A DNA stretch of 52,197 nt, the filler included, from Bipalium vagum (Eukaryota), in NCBI GenBank assembly GCA_037834085.1. It is 3 parts of 3 records of this genome, joined end to end, with 100 filler letters (N's around TTAATTAATTAA, not from the genome) between each part and the next. Parts side by side here need not be neighbours in the genome. Positions count along the whole stretch, not along the records: positions 1 to 15,580 come from JBBMKC010150812.1; positions 15,681 to 31,686 come from JBBMKC010125512.1; 1 more part is not named here. The stretch is one strand, 5' to 3'. Positions 11,908 to 23,900 of the stretch are shown here, piece by piece (position 1 is the first letter of the stretch; each line of letters opens with the position of its first letter). The position numbers and the translations under genes were made by a program. Below the pieces are notes generated by a model that ran no database searches, was not told the DNA's origin, and saw only the letters and a list, made by a program, of their open reading frames with translations.

Positions 11908-13058
11908 CGAAGGATGCTTGAAAAGTTTGTGGAATCGTATACTTTAAAAGATATCCCCGTTTTATAACTGACAATCAAAAAATTCGACATTGAATTTTTA
12001 TAAATCATTTGAATAATTCTAAATTAATGATTTTAAATGTGTAAACAAATGAAATAAAAGTTAAAAAGAAAATCTGAAACTTTTAACCGAAAACTATCGT
12101 TGGATGAGTTATTAATATTTTAAATGTGATCTTATATGGAACCAATGTTTAAATTTTGAGTTTCGGAATGAAGAACTATAAAAGAACTGCTTTTACAAAT
12201 GTTTCGCGGATTTTCAAGGTCGGTTGACAAGTCTGAGTACACATTTCCAGAGGTCTGTACATTAACCTACTAGTGATGTGCATTAAATAATTAAAAAATT
12301 ATCACGACGTGAAATTGAAGAATCCGTTGTTATTGGTATGAAAGCAATTAAAACCATTTTCACAACCATATAAATGTACGGAAACTTTGCATTCGTTAAA
12401 TCCAACACAATTTTACATCTTAAAAAGAATTTCATGTTAAATGGTACCAAAAATTGTTCAGATATTTATCATGGATCCTTCAATTTTAATGAAACGTGGA
12501 TTTAATTTTACTACCATGGAAATAAGAAACCATCCACTTTTTAGGAATTTAAGGATGAAATCAAACCAAAGTTTTTCAGTTCATAGTACTGCATAAAAAT
12601 GATAAACTGTTTCTTCAACATAAAGGATAAGTGCCAATGATTATTTTAGGAAATCAATCAATTACCAATGCTAAATGGTCTATATCAGTTTGCGAATCAC
12701 AGATAATTTCTAAAATTAGAGAGAAGAATTGAGATCGAAAATTATCCTTCGTCATGAAAACGACAGCTGTTACCATGAATTTTGCAGCAACTAAAAATAT
12801 AGAATTAATGATATATATACATAATGATTAATATACCGTATATTCACCTGACCTATCACCTTGTGACTTATTTTCGTTTCCAGTAAAAAATTACCTGGCC
12901 GAACGAAGTTGCTATTACAAAATTTGAGATATAGGTATCAAAGTGCTAACTTCTAAATGGAAAAAATAGCTAAATGGCGCGTGTTGACTGTAGGGGATTT
13001 TCATTATGAAAAAAAATAATGTACTTTTGGCTTCCAAAACATTTTTCAGCACCCTTTG
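11908..13058 (+). mobile_element. Degenerate near full-length mariner element with both TIRs
   Basis: Left TA|CGAAGGATGCTTGAAAAGTTTGTGGAA; reverse complement of right end TA|CAAAGGGTGCTGAAAAATGTTTTGGAA. Internal PYSPDLSPCDLF (~12836-12875) and GIKVLTSKW. Confidence 0.82.
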
Positions 13059-13347
13059 TATTAATAATGTATAACTTATATTTATATGTTACGGAAGGTA
13101 AAAAAATTTTATATTTTTTATTTAATTCAAAAAATATAATTTAAATCTGTGATAGCATAATTGTCTCAAACTTAATGTGAACACTTCCAGAACTTATTTT
13201 ACCATTAACAAAATATAAAATGATAAATAATAAAAGTACAAAATCGTATGTTTATCTGAAAAATAATACATTTATATAATATAATAATAAAAATGAAATA
13301 ATGAACGCATTCAATTTTATCTTAATCAGGTAAAGATAAGATTTCTG

Positions 13348-15030
13348 ATGGAAAACTCATTCGAAAATAAATCATTCGAATCCAGTATCAATGATGGCGA
13401 TCAGGATCTTGTTGACGATCTGAATGAAGAAATTGATGAATCAAAAGACACCAAAAAACTGGTAAAATCATTTTGTAAGAATACCAGTGGACACGGATTT
13501 ATACGAATCTCTGAAAGTTCGAAAGCTGTGAAATGGATATGGATAATAATTATGATAGCAACTTTAATTGGCTTGATCATTCATTTCGTGTTACTAGTTT
13601 TCCGATATTTCGAATACGGTATAAATTCAGCATTCTACATGACTTTGGATAATCAAGCAGTGATGCCCGACATTACGGTTTGTCCGAATCAAAAGTTTAG
13701 TTTTTACGACAGTAACAAGAAACTTAACTTGACAACAACCCCCTATAATACAGAAATCTTAAGAGGAACAACTTTCTTCGAGTTGTATAGTCATTATTTA
13801 GATATATGGACCTTTTTGAACATAAGCGCTTCGGAAAATGATTTGGCAAGATATTCAATAATGAAACAGTCTTATGATGCTGGCATATTACGAAGTAAAT
13901 ACGATATAATAGTTAAATTGACTTACAAAGATGAAAACATAAATATTACCAATTTATCGATGACGCCAACTGCTGATAGTTCTATTTGTGTTACATTTAA
14001 GCCTCCTGAAAGGCTATTGAGTACACTGAATGGATCTGATTATACGGTTATGATGTTGAACGTTTATATGATAGGTAAAGATGATAGTTATGAAGATGTC
14101 ACAAGACCATTTACTCACAAGGAAATTAATTTGGATGGAGCTAGCTTGTATCTTCATGCTTCTAATACTTTACCAAATTTTGAATCTGATAAACATGTGA
14201 TAACTAGAGGATTTATACAAGTTATTTCATTTAGTCAAAGGAAGATCATAAGACAGGATGTTAATAATAGGTGTTATAAAGACCCGCCAAATCTTGTCCT
14301 TAGAGGATTTGGTTTACATGAAACCAATACTTTTGATTATTCTCAGAATCTCTGTGAAGAAACAAAAAAGAGTGAACGAATTTATAATATTTGTGGTTGT
14401 AGATCCGAAGCCTTAATATGTTCTGTGCATGTTCCAGAAGCTGCACCGTTTTGTCATCAAATTCCCATCGAATTGCAGAAGAAGATTAACAATTCATTTT
14501 TGATATTGAGCAAAAGAGATCTTTCCACATTTGAAATAAGCTTATTGGAAACAATGAGACAACGATCGTTATGTCACAAAAACCAAATTGATTCAATTGA
14601 ACGAGAAATGTTTAATAAAATATGCTTGCCTAAGTGTACTGAAATTTTTTATAAATTTGATGTGACAGGTGAACGAATGGATCGCCAAGCGGCAGGTTTT
14701 AAACCTATTTATAACAGTTCCATTAACAATATCCTGTCTTTTATGAAATTGGAAAATAGATCATTAGACGTTATAAAAGCAGCTCTTGATAATGGAGTAA
14801 ATGTTGATCTTAGTATAACAATATCTCTTGTGAGATTTCTTCCAAAACAACTCTCTGTTGAAGTTACAGAAGAAAGCCTATCTTATCCTATCGAAAATTT
14901 TCTATCAGATATTGGAGGGATCTTAGGATTGTATCTCGGATTTTCGGTTATGTCAATGCTGGAGATTTTTGAATTATTTGTCCAACTGATAATCCACAAT
15001 TTTATTAAGTCGAAGAAAAGCCAAGCCTAA
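13348..15030 (+). CDS. Degenerin/ENaC (amiloride-sensitive sodium channel superfamily) subunit
   Basis: 560-aa ORF. N-terminal FCKNTSGHG (HG motif), TM1 WIWIIIMIATLIGLIIHFVLLV, post-TM1 MPDITVCP, thumb YSQNLC..CGC..CLPKC, TM2 signature SYPIENFLSDIGGILGLYLGFSVMSMLEIFEL with a GxS filter. Confidence 0.96.
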   Translation: MENSFENKSFESSINDGDQDLVDDLNEEIDESKDTKKLVKSFCKNTSGHGFIRISESSKAVKWIWIIIMIATLIGLIIHFVLLVFRYFEYGINSAFYMTLDNQAVMPDITVCPNQKFSFYDSNKKLNLTTTPYNTEILRGTTFFELYSHYLDIWTFLNISASENDLARYSIMKQSYDAGILRSKYDIIVKLTYKDENINITNLSMTPTADSSICVTFKPPERLLSTLNGSDYTVMMLNVYMIGKDDSYEDVTRPFTHKEINLDGASLYLHASNTLPNFESDKHVITRGFIQVISFSQRKIIRQDVNNRCYKDPPNLVLRGFGLHETNTFDYSQNLCEETKKSERIYNICGCRSEALICSVHVPEAAPFCHQIPIELQKKINNSFLILSKRDLSTFEISLLETMRQRSLCHKNQIDSIEREMFNKICLPKCTEIFYKFDVTGERMDRQAAGFKPIYNSSINNILSFMKLENRSLDVIKAALDNGVNVDLSITISLVRFLPKQLSVEVTEESLSYPIENFLSDIGGILGLYLGFSVMSMLEIFELFVQLIIHNFIKSKKSQA

Positions 15031-15580
15031 TTTAAGAGTTAATTGTAAACATTGTAAACATTTATTATTCTCCCACTTCCACAAAATATTTATCTTACAC
15101 CTTAAATCGCTTTTTCAATATAATATAAAATTATTATCGCGTTGTCTTGAAACTATTATTCTGAAATTATAGCGCACTGCACATGTCTTAATCTATACAG
15201 TACCTATTATTCTAATAGTCGATTCGATTTTTATTTCTGGTACAGAATTTAGTGCACGTTACCCATTTAATGGTAAAGTAAATATTAACTTTGTCTTTTT
15301 TAACTTGACACGATTTTTCACTGCTTTTACAATATAACTATAATTATAACAAATAAGTTAAAATGAACGTAATTGGATTGTTATCAGGCTCCATAAGGCA
15401 GGTTATTTATCACATTTCTCGATATAATATTTGGACACAACGGCATGTTGTACAGAATATATTTATTAGTTCTAAATTAAATTTTTAAGACTGAGGATTT
15501 TATATATTATTGAATAAAAATAACTGTTTTAGTGAACAGTTTTAATTGTTTTTGAATAAAACTGTTCAGTTTAGATCTTG

Positions 15581-15680
15581 NNNNNNNNNNNNNNNNNNNN
15601 NNNNNNNNNNNNNNNNNNNNNNNNTTAATTAATTAANNNNNNNNNNNNNNNNNNNNNNNNNNNNNNNNNNNNNNNNNNNN
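15581..15680. other. Assembly gap with artificial linker N44-TTAATTAATTAA-N44
   Basis: Exactly 100 nt and symmetric; identical structure at 31687-31786. Confidence 0.97.
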
Positions 15681-16126
15681 TTACAATACATTTTATTTGG
15701 ATTAAATTAAAATTAATTTAATTAATTAATTAATTTAAACTTTTTAAAATTTTATTTACTAAATAAATTATTTTTTTCCTTTTCCAAAGACATTCTAAAA
15801 TTGTTTTAGTGTTAATTATTTTACTTTTTAGAAAATTAATTTAAAGTTAACAAATAATATTGATCATTAAAATATTATTTGTTATTCACTAAGAGGCACA
15901 ATATTTTACAACGAGATATACCAACAAGTGATGTGAATTTAAATAATTAATTAATTAAATCGGTATTAAGCACACAAATTAATTAACTTTTACTTCTTCC
16001 AGCCTAAATTGTTTATAATCGACCAACAGAGTTGAGTATGTCAAATGAAATTTGCTTTAAAAACTTGAAAAATTGACAAAATTTTGAGTTTTGTTTTAAT
16101 GCTTATTAAAACTTTATTATTTTCAG

Positions 16127-16163
16127 AATGAACGAAAGGGCAATGATGATTGTGAAATGGCAG
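16127..16163 (+). CDS. Penultimate 37-nt exon of an unknown gene (NERKGNDDCEMA)
   Basis: Acceptor ttattattttcag at 16126, donor CAG|GTGGGA at 16164. Phase 1 matches the exon at 17526. Confidence 0.5.
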
Positions 16164-16766
16164 GTGGGATTTATTGTTTTTCAGAATAATACCTTATTTT
16201 TATAGATCACTTTTGTAATTAATATTTTTCAATCATTTTAACGCTCATTATAAACGGTGTTTACTGTATCAAGTAAAAACAAATGATTCAATATTCAAAC
16301 AAAATGGAACTTATAAATAAATTTAAATAATATTACATATTCAAATTTTAATTTCAATAAATTCTCTAAGTCCGAAAATATTGTTATTATTATTAGATTG
16401 GAAGATTCAATCTTTTAGAGTGGAAATAAATTTTCAAAAGATGGTATAAATTAAACCATTAACTTGGAAATCTTAACAACCAAAGGTTATTGTTGTTTAG
16501 ATAAATAAAACATTTCTACTTTTAAAGAGATAGTTTCATTCATTTAATAACAGGAAAATTGAAATAAAGGTTATAATCAAATTCTTAACAAAACCTAAAT
16601 GAAAAAATGGCCAAATGACCTACATAGATGTCATTAAGCCAAAATAGGTAAAGAATTTTTAGTAAATTAAGCAAAAGTAATGATTGATCCGAATTTGTGA
16701 TCTCCAATTATTTATGAGTATACATAACATAATCATTTTAAAATTGTGTGATTACTTGGACATATA

Positions 16767-17198
16767 TGATGTGTCCCTTGGAGAAAAGAAAACACGTAAA
16801 ATATGAATATTTCTTGAGATAAGTTTTATTCAAAATACATTATTTAAGAGAGGTCATAAAATACTTTAAATCAATTCTAAAAATCCTCTTTAGAAATACA
16901 TAACAAACTTTCTGCTACTGTCCTTGAATGAGTAACAGTACTTCTTTTCAATAAACAGTTTTAATCATCCGAAACATCACTCATTTCAGATGATTCATCA
17001 CTCCATTTTAAACTGGTTTTATTTTACTGAACATTTTAACAATCTAAGATAAATACTGTCATTAGAAATGTCATAAAGAAAGAGTAATGGTGATGTTTAG
17101 CAGTTATTAAACTTAAATAATTAAACTGTTTATTAAAGTATGTCATCATCATCTATTCCGAGTTAGTATCAGAGTTCTTTCTCTTGGGTCACACCTTA
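16767..17198. mobile_element. Degenerate palindromic MITE (Tc1/mariner-type ends) within an intron
   Basis: Left end TA|TGATGTGTCCCTTGGAGAAAAG; reverse complement of right end TA|TAAGGTGTGACCCAAGAGAAAG. Nested internal inverted blocks (AATAAACAGTTT, AAACATCAC). Confidence 0.6.
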
Positions 17199-17525
17199 TA
17201 TAAATAATTTATGTTCTAATTTCATATTTCATAGAATAAAATTCATCAATAAAGTCAAATTTAATAGCCTTTGGTAACAAATTATTTATTTTTAAATTTT
17301 TATGTATTTTATTTTATATTTTTTTTTGCTTATTATTATTATAAAAAATTTCCAAGAAAAATTTTTAAAAGTAATTAATGAAAGTCTTTTCATTGATTTT
17401 AATATTGGACTAACCCGGGCTTCCATTTCGTCTCTTATAATGGTCACAACATTGAACATATTTAATAATTGGATATCATAATATCAATTATCATCGTAAT
17501 TATTAATATTATTTAATACTTTCAG

Positions 17526-17956
17526 ATGTCCTGCCATCTCAAAACGAAAACTATACCCACTTGATGTGGATGAAAGAAGGACAATACAACATTTTGTATC
17601 CGAATTCCTTACCGAACTTGCAAAATGAATATTTAAAGGAAAATCCTTCGAACTTGGCCAATTATTTTAATTACAAAGATTCTGAAACATCACCGAGAAC
17701 GAATTCAGTGCAGGCAATGGTTAACCACTTAAACACTCCAAGTTCGAAGTCCAAGTCTTTGCTTACACAGTCAAATTCACACCTGCAATATCGAGACTCC
17801 AAAGAAAGTCTCGACAATATTACTTTGAATGGAAATGGCGACGGAAAAAATATAAAATTTTCCATTCCAAGAGAGGATAAATATAATCCGAGTTTCGATT
17901 CACCGACTTTTTCTAGTTGCTATACTCAATCATACGTAACTTCAACATTTGTTTGA
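17526..17956 (+). CDS. Terminal coding exon of an unknown gene, C-terminus ..YVTSTFV (class I PDZ-binding motif)
   Basis: Acceptor atactttcag at 17525. The frame of ORF 17561..17956 extends back to it (D-VLPSQNENYTHLMWMKEG...). Coding-like GC rise, stop at 17956. Confidence 0.7.
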
Positions 17957-18474
17957 ATGCGAAATCAAATGAACTTTATGAAAATTTTTGTGTAAATAAT
18001 AGTAAATATATTAATATTATCTTTTCTTTTAATAGAGTAAAATGTTTATTAAATTAAAACGCTATTATATTAGGCTATTATTTATAAATATGGTTAATAG
18101 CTTTGCTCGTAGAATAACTGACATTATGAAGTCTAGTGGATATTAAAATCGCATATATTTTATATAGAAGATTAGATTTACAAAATTAATACGTTATATT
18201 AATTAATTATATTATATTATCAAGTTCATTTTAATGTACAAAGTATAAAAATGTATAAAATCTATTAATTAAAATAATATAATTAGAAGGATTAATACTG
18301 TTACGATCATTATATAAAAATATAAAATATTATTTCATTAATTATGTATAAAATTAATTATTAATTAAATTAATTTTCATTTATTAAAAAATAATCAATA
18401 ATCTAAAATAAACAAAAACCAAAGCTTTTTTTTGTCTCTGGGCTATCGTAATAAATTAATTAATTTTCTTAATA

Positions 18475-19150
18475 TTGGGTTGGAAACAAAAATAATGGAT
18501 TGACCATTTTTGCTAAAGACCATCTGCCATCTTTCAAGAAGCATCATAATATTTTTATATTTTTTAACCCATATTGTAAAAATACTAATGAATCGTTCAC
18601 AACAATTTTAAAAGCTTTAATCAGTGAATAGATAAAAATCGATTTCTGCAGCACCTCACAAAACCGAAGTTTCATAAAAATATTAGGGATCAAATTTAAT
18701 TATAAGCCCCTAATCAACAAAACAATTAAATGAAATAAATTATATTATTAACATACAAATATTAATTGATTAAATATACTCCATCAATGTTCTCGTAATT
18801 TATTTTGTCATTTTTGATGCACGTGGTTTAGCATTATCATGCTCAAGAATAACCCCTTTTCTGCTAACCAAACTAAATCGTATTTTTTAAATCGCAATAT
18901 AAACTGTCTAATTGTTGGCAGTAATGTTCAGAGTTAATAGTTTAGCCATTTTACAAATTTCCTAATAAATGACTCTTAAGCAATCCCACAAAACACAATA
19001 TAACCTTTTTTGAAAAAAGATCTGGTTTTGAGGTCGCAAATGGATGTTGTCCAGCCAATGGCCATTGCTTGCAATGATCAGAATTATGTATTTAACCCAT
19101 TTTTCATCGGACGCCAAAATTCTTTTCCAAAATTCTTTCTCGATCACATA
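18475..19150 (-). mobile_element. Mariner remnant, 3' half, interrupted
   Basis: LASDEKWVKY, RKGVILEHDNAKP, C-terminal WQMVFSKNGQSII and TIR TA|TTGGGTTGGAAACAAAAATAAT. Non-homologous AT-rich block ~18545-18790. Confidence 0.85.
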
Positions 19151-19824
19151 TTATGAGGTCTGGATTAAGCATTGTAACTCACGTAGATTTTTGTTTGTTC
19201 TATGAAGCATATGTTTCTTATCTTCCGGCTCTATATGATTTTTCAATTTTATGTCAGTGAATTCTTATCGTCACTTTTCTAATTTCCCGAATCTCATCGT
19301 TATTTCTTTACCCATCTGACAAACGTCTTTGAGGAAAAAAACTTAAGAATTCGATCGATACTAAAATCTACTTTCAACGATTTAGGATTCAGTATTTTTT
19401 AGACGAGGATAAATAAACTTTTTTATTTGGAAAAATGTATACTGTGGTAAATCTGAATAATTATAGTAATCAATAGATAAAGCTTCTTGGTATGCATTAT
19501 CAGCTAATTTTTCTGATTTTATCTGATTTGTAATAATCCACATATGTAACCGTATTTATCTGCTGAATATTTAAATTGCCTGGACATGCTGGTTAATAAA
19601 TATTACTTTATATTTTAATTATATAAACAAAGTGTGTGTAATAAGTGGATTTGTAATGACAATTTAACTTTTTTAATTTATGAATTCTACAAAAAATGAA
19701 CGGTTCCAAGCAAAAATTGATTTTAGATTCATGATCAGCATCAATGGTAACATATTCATTTTAAAATCTCATTTCGGAATTTTTTACAGTGCGGATTGAA
19801 AATATCGCACAGTAAAATTATTTA

Positions 19825-20455
19825 CGATGGCTGTTCAATAAGTCCGTGAAAAATGAAACAAATTTTAACACTAGTGTTTTAAACTTTGTTAATACACAAT
19901 TTAGACATTAAAAATGTAAAATCTGAAATTTCAGATAAATACATAAAATTGTTTTAATCACATTTCAAAGTTGACAATAACAATCAATATATGAAAATGG
20001 AAAATCACGAATTTCGAGTTCTCTTGAAACATTATTTTTGAGAGGTAAAACAATCAGTGAAACAAATTTACGACTCATTAAATATTAAGGTGACTCCTCA
20101 TCATCAATTCCGTGATCCATAAATGGTTCACCGAATTTCGTTGTGGCCGTACAAGCACAGATGATTCTGCACGGTCTGGTCTTCCAAATGAAGTGAAAAC
20201 ATCGGAAATTATTCAAAAGATTCACGATATTGTTCTTAATGATCGACGAATCAAAGTGCGCGAGATGGACCAGGCTGTTGGAATATCAGTTGGATCAACA
20301 TTTTCAATTTTGCATAAAGATATGGAAATGAAAAAAACTTTCTGGAAGATGAGTGCCGCGCTTCCTCACAGTTGACCAAAACGTGAGCGTATGCGAATTT
20401 CAGAGCAAGGTTTGGCTTTATTCCAAGACAATCCAAATGAATTTCTTCGTCTTTT
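19825..20455 (+). mobile_element. Mariner 5' half, irritans/Himar1-like
   Basis: TIR TA|CGATGGCTGTTCAATAAGTCCG. MENHEFRVLLKHYF..KWFTEFRCGRTSTDDSARSGLP..IHDIVLNDRRIKVRE closely parallels the Himar1 N-terminus. Truncated at NPNEF. Confidence 0.9.
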
Positions 20456-20789
20456 TATTTTATAATAATTTTTTTTTAATTTATGGTATATTGAATTTTC
20501 AGAAAAATATTCGTAACCTCTTTATTGTAAAAATGTTATTTAGATTTTATAAATTCATTCAAAACCGAAAAAAAAATTATGAAAAAATGTTTTTGACACC
20601 AAACAACAAAAGAGTAAGTGAATAAAGCCCCTTGGACACATGTGAAAATAAATATTTGAAATTAATTAATTATTTCAGCCATTTTGAATGTGTAAAAGTT
20701 ATTATTTATTACAAAGAATTATTATATTTCGTGACTACTTATACTACCCGTGTTTAACTTGATATAATCTACAATTGTGGTTACAATCA

Positions 20790-20990
20790 GAAGATCACAC
20801 TTATTTTCTATTGACTGAAACAACTCCCATCAGAAAATCCTCTAACATTTTCCGAACTTCTTTTGTGACATCTGATCTGGCGTTGTCGTGAACCAAGATA
20901 AATTGACGTTGCCATGTTTCGTACTCCGATCGTTTTTTATCCAATATATCGATGTCTACAATTTTTCTGTAACTGTTTGATTGGATTTTA
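20790..20990 (-). mobile_element. Mariner catalytic-domain remnant
   Basis: QFILVHDNARSDVT on the minus strand (~20865-20915). Confidence 0.65.
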
Positions 20991-23900
20991 ACAGTTCATA
21001 CTGGATCAGATCATCAAGGAATGTCTAGTCTGAAGAATGACAAATACCACAGGTCATTGCAAATCTTTTTAATATTTAATCACTTTATTACATTTTTTAA
21101 AAATTACTTATTTAATTATATTTATTTATTTTTATTTTTTTACATTGGTGAAAATTCATAACTACAAGTAATTGCTTTGTTTTCTATTGTTAAATTTTTT
21201 TCTTAAAAATTAATAAAACTGTTGACTGCACATATTTATTGAAAAAATATAATAATTATTAAACATATGAAAAATAGAATTTTATTAATACAAAATATTT
21301 CTATTTAATTTTCTTTGTCTTCCCATTTTTTACATAAGATTTGATATTCAAAAGCAGCCTTGTGTGACGACCTAAGAAAAATATTTTATATCGAAATATA
21401 TTGATCAATGATTTTGTTTATTTAGATTCTTTTATTTCCTTTTCTATGAAAATTGTATTATTTTTATCGATGCTTTTCTCCTTGTGACTCAACCTGAAGT
21501 CTCTAAATCAAACAACTTTCTCTTCCTATCATTGAATGCAGAATAATTTAGATAATTTTCAAATAGTGTTCCTTTTTATGTCTTTATCTTTTATCAGAGT
21601 ACTTCGATATCACTGCAGGTCTTTCGTCAAGATTAATTCATAATTTATAAATTTAATATTTCTTATGTTACATATTTTTTAGACCTATAGAGTGATTTTT
21701 TTCATTAGTGGAGCGTTTTATGGGAGTGCAGCGATCTTAATAGCGACCACTTTCGTTAAATTTAATTTTACAATATTTAGTTACAAAAATAAAGCTAAAG
21801 ATAACTATTATTTTGAAATTAAATTACTCATTTAAAACAAAAACAAAATGCTCCACCTATATCGAATAAAATCCAAATACTTTATCCTTCCTTGATAAAT
21901 ACTCCATTCCTTTAATGTATCTATGATGTTAATCTTTTGTGGAACTTGTTTTTAATATTAATTATAACATTTCTTTCTTCGAAATCTTTCAATAAAATTT
22001 ATATTTTCCTTTCATTGTGGATTTAGTTTGAATTTTGAAATTAATTTTCAAAGAAATAACTAATAAAATAAAAATAAATAAAATAAAAGTTTAAAATATA
22101 ATATTAAAATAACACTTACGAATAATATATTAAATTTTGAATAAAAGTTGTAAAATAATTTTAGAAAACATTTCAAATCATATTTTACATTTATCTTAGA
22201 TTTTACAGACTTCAAGAAAAAAGGAAAAATAATCAATATTTTATATAAAATATTAACTAATTATTTTATTGTTATTTTTTGTAAAAAGTTTCAGATTTGA
22301 AATAAATAATATATGAAAAAAAATGTGGATTGTTTAAATCTAAATTTAAAAATATCATTTTTAAAAAATCGAATCTAAAAATGATAAAGGTGAAAAAATA
22401 AATTAATTTTGACTTAATAAAGAACAAAAATTTTCTTTGGAAAATAGCTTTTTTAACGACAATTTTTTTCATCTCACTTTTTTATCTTCTTTTATATTTC
22501 GTTATAAATAAATTAAGAAAATTTAAATGTATTTTAAAATTAAATGAGTATTACCATAAATATTATTTATAATTTCATCTAAATCAGATTACGAACATTG
22601 TTATCATTAATTAATTTAGGCACAAGAACTTTACATATAAAATATATTTTTAGAAAAATTATGTGTATCACACATTTTGATCACTCATTTTGCAGAACAC
22701 ATTCTTTGAAAAAACACTCAAACAGTCTATGTATCAGTCACATGATTTGTATATATTTTTCCACTATTTCTGATATGTATGTGAAATTTAACCATAATTT
22801 GTTTGTGAGTTCGAAAAGTACAACGTTTGTTTAAATCAAATAGATAATACTTAAATATTTAATTCATAATAAATTTAAGAAATTTATTTAAGATAATAAA
22901 AATTCATTTTTAAATAAAAGATTGTTATAAAGGAGCTTAGGTAGCGTTTATATCAGTATCAATGACATTAATAATTTGAAGTTTCTTTAATACGTTAGAA
23001 CAAATGATTAACATAAAAACAGAGAACTTCATGTTAGCAGGTCTTATTCATGTTCGATAAAAGTTTAAATGACTTAATTAATTAATTAAGACAAAATAAT
23101 ATTCACAAATTATATTTGATATAATAAGCACAATTTAATAAATGTCACTGTACAAAAAGTGCTTTATAAATCGCCACAATATGAATTATTTCGAGGTCGT
23201 AATTACACAGATCACTACTCCAATTATTTGTGAACTGTAAAAATAAGAAATGTTACGAAAATATGAAGCAAATAAAAAAATTAATTGATCTTAGTATCAC
23301 AGTCCTATTATTTTTTATAAGAAGCTGTTATTAAAGGGTTTATTGTGTTAGATTATTAATAAATCAATAATATTAAATTATTGGTGTTTAAAATAATGTA
23401 ATCACTTACTTAATTAATTTAATTTAATTTAAGCAACTTTTCTGCTAAAAATAAGAGCATATTAATATTACGTTCTCCGTAATTTTATAATATTAATAAT
23501 AATAAATGCAATAAAACAAATTTTACTTCTGAAAATCCATAAAATGTATTGTCTCGTATTTCTCGTTGGTACTCCCTCTTTCGTCTTCCTGTCTTCTTTT
23601 GTGACTTGTTTTACTTATATTACAACTCGACGTAATTATCGTAATTTTTCGGAATTATTTACCATAATTAAATTAATAATTTTTAATAATTAATAATAAA
23701 TAGATTGTTAAATTATTAATTCATTTTTATTATTTCTACTTTTTTTATTATTAAATTGTTCTTATTTATGATTTAATATCTTTTTTCTAAGATGTTTCTA
23801 TTAATCATATTATATATAATTATAAAATATTATTTTTTTTAAACAAAATGCATTTCCTTTTATAATGATAATATTATTAATAATAATTTTACTATAAATT

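Noticed and set aside
16164-16184. Possible 21-nt GT-AG mini-intron (GTGGGATTTATTGTTTTTCAG)
   Set aside because: Splicing gives an immediate stop (E*), and the distal acceptor at 17525 gives a long in-frame exon. No other ultra-short introns are evident in the window.
17550-17605. THLMWMKEGQYNILYP resembling the otubain C-terminal GHYDILY
   Set aside because: The catalytic His is absent, there is no upstream OTU sequence, and the similarity is too short.
21340-21630. Possible CR1/L2-like LINE 3' remnant (also 43040-43260)
   Set aside because: Only 4-6 residue hints (IKDKDI, RGHYF); not enough for a call.
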